From Octopus vulgaris (taxonomy: Eukaryota): a stretch of 64,000 nt of DNA. A model generated the notes under the pieces. The model was not told the DNA's origin. It saw only the letters and a program-made list of their open reading frames with translations, and searched no databases. The position numbers were made by a program, and so were the translations under genes. Positions within the stretch are counted from its first letter, which is position 1; every line of letters begins with the position of its first letter. The stretch is taken from positions 125,674,001 through 125,738,000 of the forward strand of contig OX597814.1 of assembly GCA_951406725.2 (NCBI GenBank), read 5' to 3'. Positions 25,948 to 40,246 of this stretch are shown in pieces.

Positions 25948-27528
25948 TTTGGAGACGTTGCCGAATTATTAATGTTCCATGGGTGGATGTGTGTGTGTGT
26001 GTGTGAGTTTGTGTGTTCGTGTGTGTGTATATGTGTGTGTGTGTGTGCGTGCGAGTGTGTGTGTGCTTATGAGCTTATATATGAGCCTAGTCATTTAAAT
26101 CGTACCAACACAGCTTCAGAGTAAACTATGGGTAACTTCAGTGAATTTTTATAAGTTTATGAAAGAAAATCCGAGAAGAAATGAGATAAAGTGACTTTCG
26201 TGCTTTTCTTAAATGCATTATCAACCTAGGTGAAGTGAAGTAACAGTTGTCGTCAGGGAAAACAGTGTAAATACTTGGTTTCCAAGGCCCTTTCTCTATG
26301 GCTGCCTAAGTTACCTATTTCTTATAATTATACTATGGGTTTATACAGACATTATACCGATTTTCAGAGGTAGCTTATACAATATAAACTTTATGTTATT
26401 GTAGATCTATGGTAGAATATTCAGGATGATCTTCGAAAATTACGCTTAAATCTATTACTTAGAAAATAAGAAAGTGTGGTTAAATTTTAATTATTGAGTA
26501 AATTCGTAAAATTTACTTTCAAATGTTCTGCAAAGAAATTAAAAAGAAAAAAAGCAGTTAAGTATTTTCGATATTCCAAATAAAAAATACATAGATATCG
26601 AATGAAATAGTAAAGAAATCAACTGTCAGAGTAATCTGATATCCTGCAGTCTCAACGATACAAAATTAATTATTGAGTTTTCGTGTTCTTAAACTTAGGA
26701 GCAGTATTACTAGACAGAGTAGAAGTTTTTACATTTACTACTGTGTTCACCGTGTCTGTATTTTACATATTCACCTTTGTATAAGTTGATCTCAAGATAT
26801 GTCAATGGATATTTAAAGTGCAAGCTCTGACTAGATAACGTCAGAAATACTGAAAAGTATATAGTGTGAAAAGTAACAATAGATTAGAATTCAATACGCA
26901 TCAGAGAACAGTATTTGTTGTGCTTAGTTCTCGAGGCAAAGCTGTAGAAGTCGCAGTCTTATATAAACTTGAAGGTCATTTCAGTATCTTGTAGAATAGA
27001 AGAAACTCGTTGTATTTCATATTTGCTGTTTGTGTAAGTGTTGGGAAGTCCTTAAAATGAAGGAGGTTGAAAATTCCTGGTTGTTAAATTCTTCTCATGA
27101 AGGAGGTTATAATTTTCAGTTGGAACAATGTCACCGAGAGAATTATCATTAATAAATTTTGAATAACTTTTCTTCTCTGTTTAGTATTGATTCATTGAAG
27201 TTTAGCTTAAAGATTATCGACTCTCTTACGATTATATATATGTTAAATATAAGACAGATAAAAGCAGTATTCTTGTATGGTTGAAGTTTATTGATGTTGG
27301 AGACACTGGTGCTAACAAGCAATTATACTTATCTAGCGCACCGATAATCAATGTGTGAATAATGATTTTACAAAGAGCCGAAAAGCAGAATTCGTAAATT
27401 TTTTTATTGCTTACTCAGAGGAGGAAGGGTAGTGACCATAACCATTTTTCTTGGTCTCTGAGACTAGTGGCGGAAAGAAAGAAAGAAAGAAAGAAAGGAA
27501 GGAAGGAAGGAAGGAAGGAAGGAAGGAA

Positions 27529-27597
<69 letters not shown>

Positions 27598-30399
27598 TCG
27601 ATCTGGTTCGATGCTTGCCGCTAGATGCATGCAAGAACCATGAGGTTCCCTAGTAAAACCGAACGACAATTCTACGGTCTTCCTGAGATGAAGACAACAA
27701 CTGCTGTCTAGGACAGTTCTCTCCCTACAAAATGGAGTGTTTAGAGTTTCAATGGGCGAATTGTGGCCACTATTCATTCAAAAATGTGTGATACCCTCTC
27801 GATCAATGACAGAAATATGGAAGAGCGGGGTTAAAACGTATTTCCAAGCTTTTCATTGATTTTTGCATATTGTTGTATTTTTTATGTCCAAGTAAACTAA
27901 TGGAGACATTTTTCATTATCTATCTTTTGTTTGCTTTCTATCAATAAAAATTAACTTGTCTATTAATTGTAATTATGCATGCATATTTCGTTCAATTCGC
28001 ATAATAAAACATAATATAGTTGAGTTTATAGTCAACTACACAGTAAAAAGGGCTCAGTATCTTAAGTGAACCATAGGAGCTTAGGGAATAGGAATGGCTA
28101 CTGGGTAGATTTGTGAAGGCCATGTGTATGAGTCCCCACTCTCAACTCCCGTGCATTGGGGAGAGGAAGAAGTGAAGTTGCAATTTGTATCTCATTATTC
28201 ATTACTACCATAAAATGATATTGCTTGGCAAATATTCTGCATAATTTGGTATATTATGTATTCAAATACAAAATATATTAAGTATACAAATACAAAATTT
28301 ATCTTTCATAATATCGGCATGTATTTGGTTCTGAGGCAACACTGAAGAAGCATAATATACTGAAATGATGACGGTAGTCTATGAATCATACCGCCGTAAC
28401 ACTATACCAAACTGTGAAGTTTGATCGCTAACATTGAAATTACTGGGTAAAGCAGAGGTGAGGAGAGAGGCAGTTGCTACTCTACTTTCTACATCTACAG
28501 TATTCATACCTCAAACCTAAAACTCATATTTCCTGAAGATAAAAAGTGATATCATTGAATAATGCCTCACTCTCACAATCAATTATTTTTCTAACTTCGT
28601 AATATTCCATCACTATACATGTAGGGCTGAGCTTGAGCCGGTTCGCACCAGTTCGCATGAACCGGTTTAAAATTTCCTTTTTAACACGAAAACTAGTTTT
28701 TAACTTTCGTATCAAGTATTTTTGCTGTAAACATCTCTGCAAACAAAAATGTACCGTATATATTTGCACTATTTTCGCCATATACGTTTTCGCAGGAAAA
28801 ATTTGTCGGGTATCTATACCTTAATATTTAAAAACACAATAAGGGTACTTTATTTCAACTTAAAGTCTAATTTGCTGTAATTCGCCTCATAGAAACAAAG
28901 TACCAATTACAAAAAAAGCAATAACAATAATAACGTGGGTTAAGCAAGACATTGTTTTCATTCTTGAGCTAATTCTATCTTCTACGTTGTTAGCGTTATT
29001 GTTTGAGGGGCTTTGCTTGATTTTTTTTCTTCTTTTGGAGGGGATGTTTTTGGAGTGTTTTACATTTTGTCTTTTTGGAGGGGGATGGTTTTGGGTATTT
29101 TGTTTTTGTTTTTTAATAAATCTTTTTTTTTTACACAGAACCTGTGTTTAGAGTTTTAAATTTGGTAACTCAGTTAATGCGTTGTTAAATCTTCACTAGT
29201 TTGCACATTGAATACCCGTGTTAGTAGAACCTTCTGATTACAGTTTGTGAAACTGCGAACACGCACGTAAATTTTCTTACAGGTACTGTGGAAAAGTCTT
29301 GGTTTGGATCTTCATCAAAAATAAGAGTTACTGTTAATATTAGATTCGTATAACGTCACATCCACAAACTATTTGAGCGCCTTAGGCATGGACTTGTATA
29401 TTAAAGTATTTTGGGGTGTCGCTTCCTTCATTGCTGAAAGATTTCTCTGTAATCCTCGAGCATAGATAATGGATACAGCTTTGCCGCATTCCTAGTTTTC
29501 AAAACTTGTTCCAATTATTACTGCTGATTAAATGAAGAAATCTGTAGAGTTGTAGTTTTTGTTTAATTTAATCTGTGACATCCATTAAGATTTATTGAAT
29601 TTCACAGATATAATTTTTAAAAAAATGGATAAATATTCCACTTTTTCTATTTCTTAATAATAACTATATATGGATATATTCGTTGACTCATTGTTTTTTT
29701 GTTCACAGAATTTTGAGAGCAATAATTTATAATTTCAATATAGATTCATATTACTCATAAAGGAAGGCTTCAATTTGTGGCGAAGATGACTCAATGGTGC
29801 TAACACAATTAGAGCGACATTTGCAGAATGTTCATCCTCAACGCAAGAACATGAAAAAAAAGTTGTTTATTTAAACGTCATAGGGATAACCTTAAATCGA
29901 CGAAGTTAGATTCAACAGGGGCAGTCCATGAAATAACCAAAAGGTTGTTAAAGCTTCTTATATTATCCACTAGAGATAGCAAAAAAAAAAGACGGAAGAG
30001 AGAGGGGGAGAAAGAGAAGGAGGAGAAAGAGAGAAGGGGAGAAAGAGAGGGGGAGAAAAAGAAGGGGAGAAAGAGAGAGGGTGAGAAAGAGTGGGGGAGA
30101 GGGGAGAAAGAGAGGGAGAGGGGAGAAAGAAAGAGAGAGAGAGAGAAATGCATATAAGGGAAAACCTTGACCAAACTTTGTGATTTCAAAATGTTGGAAA
30201 CTGTATTGTTCAGATGGTGTACTATTTATGTTGGAAACGAAGTCTAGTTTCCGTGTTCGCGTGAGAAAGCGGTCACCTAAAATGTCAAGAATGTATGATC
30301 CATAGGCTAGCTTTAATAACGCTTCCAGTTCCACTAACGATGATTTTGGATCAAGTAATTCCAAGTGTGAATTTTGTCAAAGAGGAACCCCTCACCTCT

Positions 30400-31595
30400 C
30401 GACTTGCCTGACAGTTATGATTGGTATCATCTGAATACCCTGAATATCGTCTGCCTCAAATTCTTCAGATCCCATCTTCTGTACCATTTGTACAAAGCTA
30501 TTAATGACTGAGACCGTTTCATAGTCACTCTTATTATCTCCCGTCACTACATTCGAACACAAATGTTTACGAGCCTGAATGATACATATACGTTGAACTT
30601 CTTCTGGCGCATCTTAAATATTCTTTGTTGCTTCGGTCATGTTCTAATTTTTCCAGGAATCTTTGATGCCTGTGATCAACTACGTAAAGTTCTCCTAAGA
30701 TAATATGCGTTGAAAATGAAAATATCACATAAATTTTTCATAGAATGTAAACGACTTCAGAAATATGATTATCTGGAAAAGAATCGAAAGATAAAGATGA
30801 ACAGAAGCGTTGTTCAAATGCAGACGTTGTCCAAAGGCAGACATTTTCACGGTAAAAAAATGTATTCCGTGAGGTTTTCATGTAACAAACCGATTAGATT
30901 TGGAGACACTTTTTTTCATTTCATCATCTTTGTAATATTAAATTTCAAAACTCCAATTTTGTGTCTCTAATGCGAGACGGATCTTTTGCTGTTTTCTATT
31001 TCAATATTTTCCATTTCACAACCGAAAGTTAAATTTTTTAAGGGTAGCCACTTCGGGAATAGACCATAGTTTTCTACATTAAAAACTAAAGCCTGGAATT
31101 GCTGAGAATTCTAAAGCAACCTGAACGTCAGTATTGCTGATTTTCTTGTTATTCATTGAAAGACAACCGGAAAATCACCAATTCTGGATTTCCAGCATTG
31201 CTGAATCTCCAATGGAGATTAGATCTATCCACGAGAAGCAACAAGCGTTTGAGCGATTCCTTCAGATTCTTCCGTTTCAACTGTCTAAATACTTTTAACG
31301 TATTTTCCTGGATAATGGCTCGGTAGGGTGGCCAGTGATGCTGTCAAACATCCACACAAAAACTAAACATTTTTTCACAAATTTTTTATGATTTTACTGT
31401 GTGCCATTTTAGTTTAACATCATTACATTCACTTGACTTTTTATTTGATAACATATTTTGTCAGATTGATACATTATGGTTTTCAGATTTGACAGTGCCA
31501 TTCCATATGATTCTGCAACGACACTTTTTCTCCTTCTACTCTCTACATAATCTTTAGTTTGGTATCTAATGATACTGCTTTACGCTTACGTGACA
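30400..31595 (-). mobile_element. Tigger/pogo transposase relic
   Basis: MSRKRKAVSLDTKLKIM (CENP-B-type HTH start), LVFNVENYGLF (FNxDETGLF-like), KDSWKN*NMTEATKNI*DAPEEV (TIGD1-like); many stops. Confidence 0.7.
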
Positions 31596-32082
31596 TGATG
31601 CGATAACAAAAGTACCGAATAAATTTATTTTTTTTAAATTACTGTGCTTTAATAAATTACTAAATTACTACACAAATGGTACGATGTTGTGCGAGCAAAC
31701 ATCTTAAAACGGTAAAAAATAAAACATAACAAATGTAACTGATTGATTGTTTTCTTTTGTGTGTGCTAGTAAAGCAACGAGATGGTTTCTTATAACAAAT
31801 TTTTATTTGGAAAGAAGAACTCCGAGGAGGCCGTTCAACGAAGATGTTTAGCTTTATTTATTTATTTTATTTTGTTATTTTTCTTTTTGTAAGTTCGGCA
31901 ATTGCTGCAATGGTAATAAACTTCATTATAACATGGTTTCCTACACAGAGGATGCATAAATCGAGGTGTTTGTGTATAGGCACTTACCACCAAAATGCAA
32001 CTTTGAAACGTATTTGTGTATGTATGATGCATATATCTACCTATACATACACATACATATACACACCACACACACACTCAAA

Positions 32083-32144
<62 letters not shown>

Positions 32145-32303
32145 AGCGATTGTATTTGTTTGGCAAGTAATTTGATCTGAGATTCTTATGTTAAAACTGA
32201 AACAATTATATTTTTGTATTTCACTTCCTTTCACATACTACGATAGTATTACATAATATACTGTGTCACCCTCCATCACACACACACACATATAGATAGA
32301 TAA

Positions 32304-32387
<84 letters not shown>

Positions 32388-32450
32388 GCAGGCAGACAGG
32401 CAGGCAGACAGACAGACAGACAGACAGATAGACAGACAGACAGACAGACA

Positions 32451-32483
<33 letters not shown>

Positions 32484-32488
32484 ATAGA

Positions 32489-32635
<147 letters not shown>

Positions 32636-32760
32636 TTAGATAGATAGATAGATATGTCAGGATCAAGGGTTGAGAGATCAGGTCATATTTAATATCAAAC
32701 AAAATAAGCCAGAGAAAAAAGAATAACTGATTTTTCTGTTGCGTATATAACTGATTTTGA

Positions 32761-32961
32761 TGAAATTGATGAAAAATTATGATAATTTGCATTTTTCTCC
32801 AGAGTTATAAGTACCAATGACTTGGTAGTGAAATTGTTGAAAAATTATGAAAATTTGCATTTTTATCCAGAGTTATAAGTACCAGTGACTTGGTAGTGAA
32901 ATTGATGAAAAATTATGAAAATTTGCATTTTTCTCCAGAGTTATAAGTACCAATGACTTGG
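32761..32961. repeat. 68-bp tandem repeat, ~3 copies
   Basis: Units start at 32761, 32829 and 32897 and are nearly identical. Confidence 0.95.
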
Positions 32962-33290
32962 AGTTGTTTAGTGGTCAGAGTATTCAGCTGATGATCCTGA
33001 AGTCGTGAGTTCAATACCCGAATCGGTCATCATGCTTTCTTTTTCAGTAAGGCACCGCATTTCATGCAATTTCAGACTGCTCTGCTGTAAATGATTACCA
33101 GAGGATTGCTGGTACAGCTCTCTCATTCCCCCTCTTTTACATCGCCAGGGGCCGGAAAGGTATCTGTAATTAACGATAGCAGGACACGTTACTAACTCAT
33201 ACAGCCAGTGTACTTTGTATGAGTGAAAACTTCAGAAATATTTCTGTCTTATGAGACCTATTCAGTGAAGTGTGGTGTAATGGTAACAGA
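32960..33290 (+). mobile_element. Old SINE (family C-like)
   Basis: tagtggtcagagtatt...gtgagttcaatacc tRNA-like head; downstream decayed. Confidence 0.5.
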
Positions 33291-33395
33291 TCATAAAATG
33301 ACTCCGAGAGGATACAAGTTTCGGATAAAAATCATTCACTGATTAGATAATTAATACTAAGTAATCACCTAAGATCTTATTGTATGTAGTTATGT

Positions 33396-33449
<54 letters not shown>

Positions 33450-33770
33450 AAATCCACACTACATATGTTTCATAGCTAGTAGAACCTCGAAAGTACTAAT
33501 TACCCAAACGAGGACTAATCCGCTCGCTACCCGTCGGACCAAAGATACCTTAATCAAATGAAGTTTACGTTGTCGTCAACGGATCCCATGTCAACTTGCA
33601 GGAGATCTATCGAAAATCCTATGAGTTAACACGGGATCCATTGACGACAAGGTAAACCTGATTTGATGAAGCTATCTTTGGACCGATGGGTAGCTAGCAG
33701 ATTGACCCTTGTTTGGGTAATTACTACTTCCGAGGTTCTGCTAACTATGGAACATATGCAGCGTGGATTT
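33450..33770. mobile_element. 321-bp palindromic foldback (MITE-like)
   Basis: 154-bp arms 33450-33603 / 33617-33770 with a 13-nt loop, no indels, about 26 mismatches by manual count. Confidence 0.85.
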
Positions 33771-34962
33771 TATCTACTCCAATCCGTCATTTTGGATTTT
33801 TATTCGCATATCCAGCAACTCCAGCTGCCAACCGTAACCTACAAAATAACTTTTTACAGCATATCGAACTTCGATATGAGAAAATTTTACAGCCTTCTAT
33901 GTCGATAAACCGCTAGTGTTGCTGAAAGTTGATTTTAAAACCTTCTCTGGACTGTTCAAAGCTTATTAACTTCCTACACCTTGAATCTTGGATCTTACCG
34001 TTACATATATAAGTGTGTGCGCGCAAGAGTACACATAGAAAGAGCGCAAGAGTAAAAAATCTATAATTATGCAAGAAATATAAAAAAAAAGTTTTTCTAT
34101 CTCAGGTATCTTTGCATATTAAATTTTTGACACTAGAATGTCATTTTCAAAAGATGTTACTTAAAATCAACTGTTTGTGTCTTGCCTCGGAGGCCGACTG
34201 ATGATATTCGGATCTAATAGCTGAGTTATTAATATTCTCCAGTAATCTTTCTAATTCCAGCATTCATTTTAGGCAGCTAACTAAAATGTTAATTTTTTTA
34301 AAAGGACGTATTAATAGTTGGATGTAAAACAGTTGATATAATTGCCTATAGTAATAGTATAATTACTGGGAAATACAGATTTCATACAAAATATATAACT
34401 GAAGTATATGCAGCATCTAAAAGCATTTTATTTAATGCTATAGAAAGTAAGAAGTAAGCCTTAGCAATGCAAGAAATAAAATGTTTAGTTTTACAAATTT
34501 TAATGTCTTTATATCTTAAAAATTTGGACATTAAAATCGACATTGAAATTTTTTAAACTGAATACATTTAAAATTCTAAAAGTGTGTTTTATTTTTTTTA
34601 CTTTGTTCTCTCTTTCTATAACATTACAAGATATTTCGAGATGCTTCATATACTACAATTACACACATACACACATATGTCCGCAGCGTAAACGTATCTT
34701 TCGTTTTCCTTTTTCTTCTCTTAATGCTTTTATTTTTCTTTTATAAAAGATATAACAAGATATGTTAGCTCTTCTTCCAATTCTTTTCATTTGATCCATT
34801 TATTTTCATCGTTCACATTACTTGATTGTTATTATTACATTTTGTTTTTTCCGCTATTTGTACCATGTTTTGCTGTTTTACTGTTTACTTTTTTGCTCCG
34901 CTTCCCTCTTCTCACTTTCGTTATGTGTGTTTCTATCTTATTAGCGTTTTTCTCTTATGCTA

Positions 34963-35306
34963 AGGGGTAAAGACACTTTAGTCATGAATGACCATGGGAT
35001 TGCACCTAGAAAATTCCCCTCCAAGGCACAAGTCCAGGTAAAATTGTTTATGGAAGATCAGCAGCCGCCCATATATGCCAGCCTTCCCTCTCCACGCCAC
35101 CGATGTTATTCAAGGGAAAGGCAAATCCCGATACAGCTTGGCACGTAAGACGTCATGACTCATTTCTACAACTGAGTGAACTGAAGCAATGGGAAAATAA
35201 AGTGTCTTGCTCAAGAACACAATACACAATCCGGTTCGGGAATCGAACTCACTCACTACCTCATGATTGTGAGTCCGACGCTCTAGCCACTGAACCATGT
35301 ACCTTC
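34963..35306 (-). mobile_element. tRNA-derived SINE family C
   Basis: Minus strand head gaaggtacatggttcagtggctagagcg...gagttcgattccc; central domain shared with 9030-9265. Confidence 0.8.
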
Positions 35307-35365
35307 ACATCTTATGTATATATAATGCATATGCATTATGTGTACATATATATACACACACACAT

Positions 35366-35413
<48 letters not shown>

Positions 35414-35549
35414 GCGTATATATACACACACACACACACGTGTATATACATATGTATGTATATATGCATGTGTGTGTGTGTGTTAAATAAATCAGACAAT
35501 AAAGCCAAGGCATTGTGGAATTTTCAGGACATTTATAAAGAGAAATTTA

Positions 35550-35597
35550 GTCTTACAGCTGTTTCTGGGATATTAGGAATTTCCCTTCATCAGAGAC
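35550..35597 (-). ncRNA. Type I minimal hammerhead ribozyme
   Basis: Minus strand GUCU-CUGAUGA-AGGGA..UCCCA-GAAA-CAGCUG-UA-AGAC; palindromic stem III ACAGCUGU. Confidence 0.75.
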
Positions 35598-35634
35598 GAT
35601 GTGAGATGGTTAAACAGAGGGAAATATTAGAGTT

Positions 35635-35890
35635 CAATATAAGATCAACTATTAATTTTAAACAACGATACGCTGCGCATCTCAATTCTTTTAGAGACGA
35701 GAAACAGTAAATCCACAACACTCACCAGTCACATTCATCATCTCCAAAATAGAAATAGTCCCTACATCTTTTCATGCTCCATAATAAAACAGGCATTCCA
35801 CATATTAAAACACAACTCTTCAATACTACTAAATAAATATGAGAACCTAGGTACATGCAACCACCGATATTTTCATACCTTTAAACTTTA
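35635..35890 (+). mobile_element. Penelope/Poseidon GIY-YIG C-terminal relic
   Basis: NIRSTINFKQRYAAHLNSFRDEK..STTLTSHIHHLQN..SIIKQA..LLNKYENLGTCNHR. Confidence 0.7.
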
Positions 35891-36829
35891 CCACAAATCT
35901 AAACACAACCTAAATAACCACATAGCACGTATCCCGAACAACTCTTAGGTAATCTGTTACAACCGTATTTGATTTACCGTTAATTTATTAATTCTCCAAT
36001 CTTGTTTTAATTGTTTAATACATGTATAGACATGCATATGCGTACGTATGCGGATGTGTGTGCGTATGTATATATATGTGTGTGTGGGTATGTGTGTATA
36101 CATATATATATATATGCATGCATGCGTATATATGTATGTATATATATATGTATATATATATAAGTATATGTGGGTGTGTATATATATGTATGCATGCATG
36201 CGCAGGCCTATATGATAGTGCGTACACACACACATACATATATGTACATGTGTGCCCGCGCGCGTATGTCTTTCTTTCTCTCTGATTCCTCAACCCACAC
36301 TATCACATTAGCCAGTACAGTAAGCACAGACTATGTTCCAGCTACGTATCTTATTTTGGGAATTTCACGACTACTCGTTTTGAGCAACAGTTTGAACAAT
36401 ATTCCTCTTTGCCTACGGTGACATCTCTAGACAACGCATGATCTCCGTTTGCTAGAAAAAAATAAACACACTTCCTTCAAATTACATCCTCAATGGAGTA
36501 GTCCTAATCATATCTTATCTGTTTAAAAAATAGGTTCATCACACCTCGTGCGCAGAACTGCACATTGAGGTCAGACCTTGCGTTGAACAACAATCGTAAC
36601 AACACTGATATAGGAAATTATTCTTTTCTCTGTCAATAAGCCAGTCGCTGTGTTCCCTCAAATCAGTTCGTTAATATTCGGAAATTATTAACTGATACTC
36701 TATATCACAAACTGATATTTTATTTCTTATATTGGCATAGGGTCAAAAATTCTTAGATATAGTCGGTTGCGGCGGCGGCGGCGGTGACGGCGGTGTCGGC
36801 GGCGAAAGCGGTGACGGCAGCGTTAACTC

Positions 36830-37250
36830 GTATCCGAGTAGCAGATCTGTAGCCAGAGATTTAACTTCTTCATCCAGATGTGTACGAAGGGTGCTGGTGC
36901 CTGAGCTGACCGTTCAGGCTATGGGTGGTATAGAAGAGCCAGGGGTATTTATCCCAGCCCAGTCGCATCCTACAACTGCCGAAGAACCAAGACACAGCAC
37001 TTCATGAGAAGGACGGCCTTCGGGTAAGAGCCGCTTGCATGTAGCTCCAAACTGGAGGTTTCCAGCTGTCCAAGCCTGTCCCCGTCGCCCCGTTTACCGT
37101 CGCAACTGGACTCAGAGAAAAGAAAAGAGGGACTCATTGTTCAAACTACAGATAACCTTCGCGCGATTTTGATTAGGGTTGACAATGTGTTGCAACCTAC
37201 AAGGCTGACGCACTTGGCCACCCGTCTTCACCAGCAGCATCATTGGGATT
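36830..37250 (-). mobile_element. Possible RTE-type LINE 5' region fragment
   Basis: GC-richer island with acagataaccttcgcgcg and gcacttggccacccgtcttcacc motifs reminiscent of RTE 5' UTRs; recalled similarity only. Confidence 0.35.
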
Positions 37251-37269
37251 GGTGACATACTGAGATACT

Positions 37270-37442
37270 ATAAGTCGATTAAATCGAGCATAGTTCTTAA
37301 CTGTTAGGTTACTTTTCCCTCCCTGAAACGAGAAACGACAAAGCTAACAGGCAAGGTTTGAAATTAGAACGCAAAATGCTTTAACTAAATAGCTACGAAG
37401 TATTTCGTCTGTTACCCAAGCAATTCTGCCAACTCACCATCT
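37270..37442 (-). mobile_element. SINE family A, degenerate
   Basis: attctgccaactcacc head and tttgaa..agaacgcaaa on the reverse strand. Confidence 0.5.
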
Positions 37443-37559
37443 CAAATAAATGTTCTGATGTCATTAATCATTTGTTAGTTAAGTTTTGTTTTCAATAAAG
37501 CTGAACATCTCAAATGCATGAGGTTAATTTACTCAGAGCCACCATCTGCGTGAAAACAA

Positions 37560-38830
37560 AAATAGGAGCCAGTGTAAAAACCACCTTGAAGAACCACATA
37601 GTAAAGTTTAACAAAAAACTATACATGCAGGTTCAAGGTGCAGCCATCGGTGTCGGTGTAGTAGGAGATGTGGCTGGCCTCTTCATGTCCTGGTGGGACA
37701 GAAGACTTAAACAAATGTTAGCAGAACAGTCCACAACTCTCCTACTCTACAGTAGATATGTAGATGACATTAATATCAACTCCAGTGACTGTAGTGTAGA
37801 AACTGAGAAGAACGTAATGGAGAGCATCCAGCAAATAGCTAACTCCATCCACCAAAGAATCAAGATAACTATAGATTACCCCCACTAAGCACCCCAACAA
37901 TAGACACCCTGTCCTTGATACTGAACTTTCGTTAGAGACTGTGAACAATAGAGTGCAGCTCCTCCACTCCTATTACATGAAACCCATAACTTCAAAATAT
38001 GTTGTTCACAAGAACTCAGCTTTGTCACACATGAAAATTAACATACTGATAGCAGACTTAGAATAATAAACAATGTGTCCCCACTATGCGATCCCTATGA
38101 AACGAAAAAACATATACAGAATTTCATGCACCGCATGCAGCTCTTTGGATATGATCAGAAAGATAGGATTTAAGTATACAGGGGGGCTAGAAAGAAATTA
38201 GACATTATACGTAATGATACCAGTGGCCCTAGATATAGAAATAAAGAACGGAATAGGATACAAAGAGCTTGTGACAAAGCAAACAGGGCGAACATATGGT
38301 ATAAAACCGACAAATATCAAGAAGTGATGTTTGTGGAGGCTACAGCCCATAGAGAACTAGCCCGTAGATTTAGAAAAGCTCTGAAGGAGACCAAACTCAA
38401 CCTTAAGATTGTTGAAAAGCCAGGGAACTCCGTCAGATCACAACTGTGTAGGACGTACCCGTTTAAGAATTCTATATGCACCAATGATAACTGCATGATA
38501 TGTAGGATTAGCATTAACTATAGAACTCGAAATGTAGTTTACAGCATATGGTGCATAGAAGGTGCTTGTAAAGACATGAAAATGACATACATAGGGGAGA
38601 CATCTTGGAGCATTGCGAAACGACTAAATGAACATCTGAGACAATATGACGACAAAAAACAGTCCTGCATACTCTACCAACATGCCAAAGACCACTATGC
38701 AGGCAACTTGGGTCAACTTGACATTCGCAACTTATCCAAGCACCCAAAAGACCCAACACTCAGACAAATACGGGAGTACGTCTTTACAAATGAAACTTCC
38801 CCTATACTAAATAGGAAATATACATAGTAG
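37560..38830 (+). mobile_element. Penelope-like element (second family), 5'-truncated RT + GIY-YIG pseudogene
   Basis: KFNKKLYMQVQGAAIG, YSRYVDDINI, PVLDTEL, HSYYMKP, CTNDNCMIC, NVVYSIWC..YIGETSWSIAKRLNEH; stops and frameshifts. Confidence 0.9.
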
Positions 38831-39427
38831 ATACCATACATCCATACCCATAGTTTACACAGGTAGAGTAGAATAGTTAGTGGACTGTTATATAGATAGA
38901 TGCATGTATGTGTGTGTGTGGGGGGGCTATATATGTGTACATGCACATGTGTGTAAGCATATGGATATGAAAATAAACAGATCAACATACAGACGGATAG
39001 GTACATAGGTTATATGAACAGACAAGCATACATACACAAATGGAGACTGAAACACATGACCATATATACACACACACTTTACTTCACACAAGGACATATA
39101 TGGAGATGCACATCCATACATATAAACATGGTACATAGTTGCAAAACACACACACACAAACACACACATACACAGACATGCACGCTCACACACACATACA
39201 CAAAAGATACATAAACATGGACATGCAAGCACATGTATATGCAGAATACATACATACAGTTGCACACATATATACATATGCATACACACACACATATATA
39301 TACATACACACACATGCATACATACGTACATACATGCATACATACATACATGCATACATACATACATGCATGCATACATGCATGCATGCATACATGCATG
39401 CATGCATACATGCATGCATGCATAGGC

Positions 39428-39463
<36 letters not shown>

Positions 39464-40180
39464 ACCCACACACATGCGTACAAACAAACAAAAAGGAATG
39501 CAGTGTAGATAACGGACAGAGTGAAGTCTATTGAAAAGTTTGCAAGGCGCAACGAAAATTTTGGGAAAATAAAAATAATGAATAAATGGAAATTTTACGA
39601 CGAGTGTTTTAAATTATCAGGCACAAAAAGAAAATGACTCTCCCCAGACACAACAGAATAGGGTTAAATTAGTTTTTACACATTCTATGTAAATATTAAG
39701 ATTTTAATTAGAAACATTTATGTGATGAAGAAACAATATTAGCCGAGTGACTAATAATATTTTAATCGTTTCAGCAAGTACAGAAGACAATTCCGAACCA
39801 CGTTTCGCTTATATTAGACCTCTTCAGTGAAGCTTAAACACCATTCTTTGTTATTGTAGTTTTGGTCTGCTATACATGTCGTTTTTCATCACTCGTGACT
39901 AATCACCAAACACACGCATACGACCACCAAATAATAACCATTACCACAATAATAACAAGTTTTAATGAATATTGTCGGTGTTGTCATCGTCATCATCATA
40001 AATACAGTTAGTATGGTAAATCGAATAAGATCAGAAGAATATACAGCAAGAATCACGTTCAGTTAAAGATTTCTCTTCCACAAACGTGACATTGTTGTTT
40101 GGAAATTCATGTCTTACATTTCCAAACAACAGCTATATTTTGTATTGTCGCCATTATACTAGTACAAATTCTCTCTCTCT

Positions 40181-40246
<66 letters not shown>

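Noticed and set aside
26826-26850. miR-279-family seed TGACTAGA
   Set aside because: Only a tiny local hairpin (tctgac/gtcaga), with no pre-miRNA-length stem and no match beyond the seed
28340-28375. Hammerhead-like CTGAAGA..GAAA
   Set aside because: No stem III or UH cleavage site and no convincing stem I
29150-30364. 133-aa minus-strand ORF as a gene
   Set aside because: Half is a GA-rich simple repeat and the rest has no identifiable motif
32761-32961. CRISPR-like array
   Set aside because: Head-to-tail units without unique spacers; eukaryotic context with no cas genes
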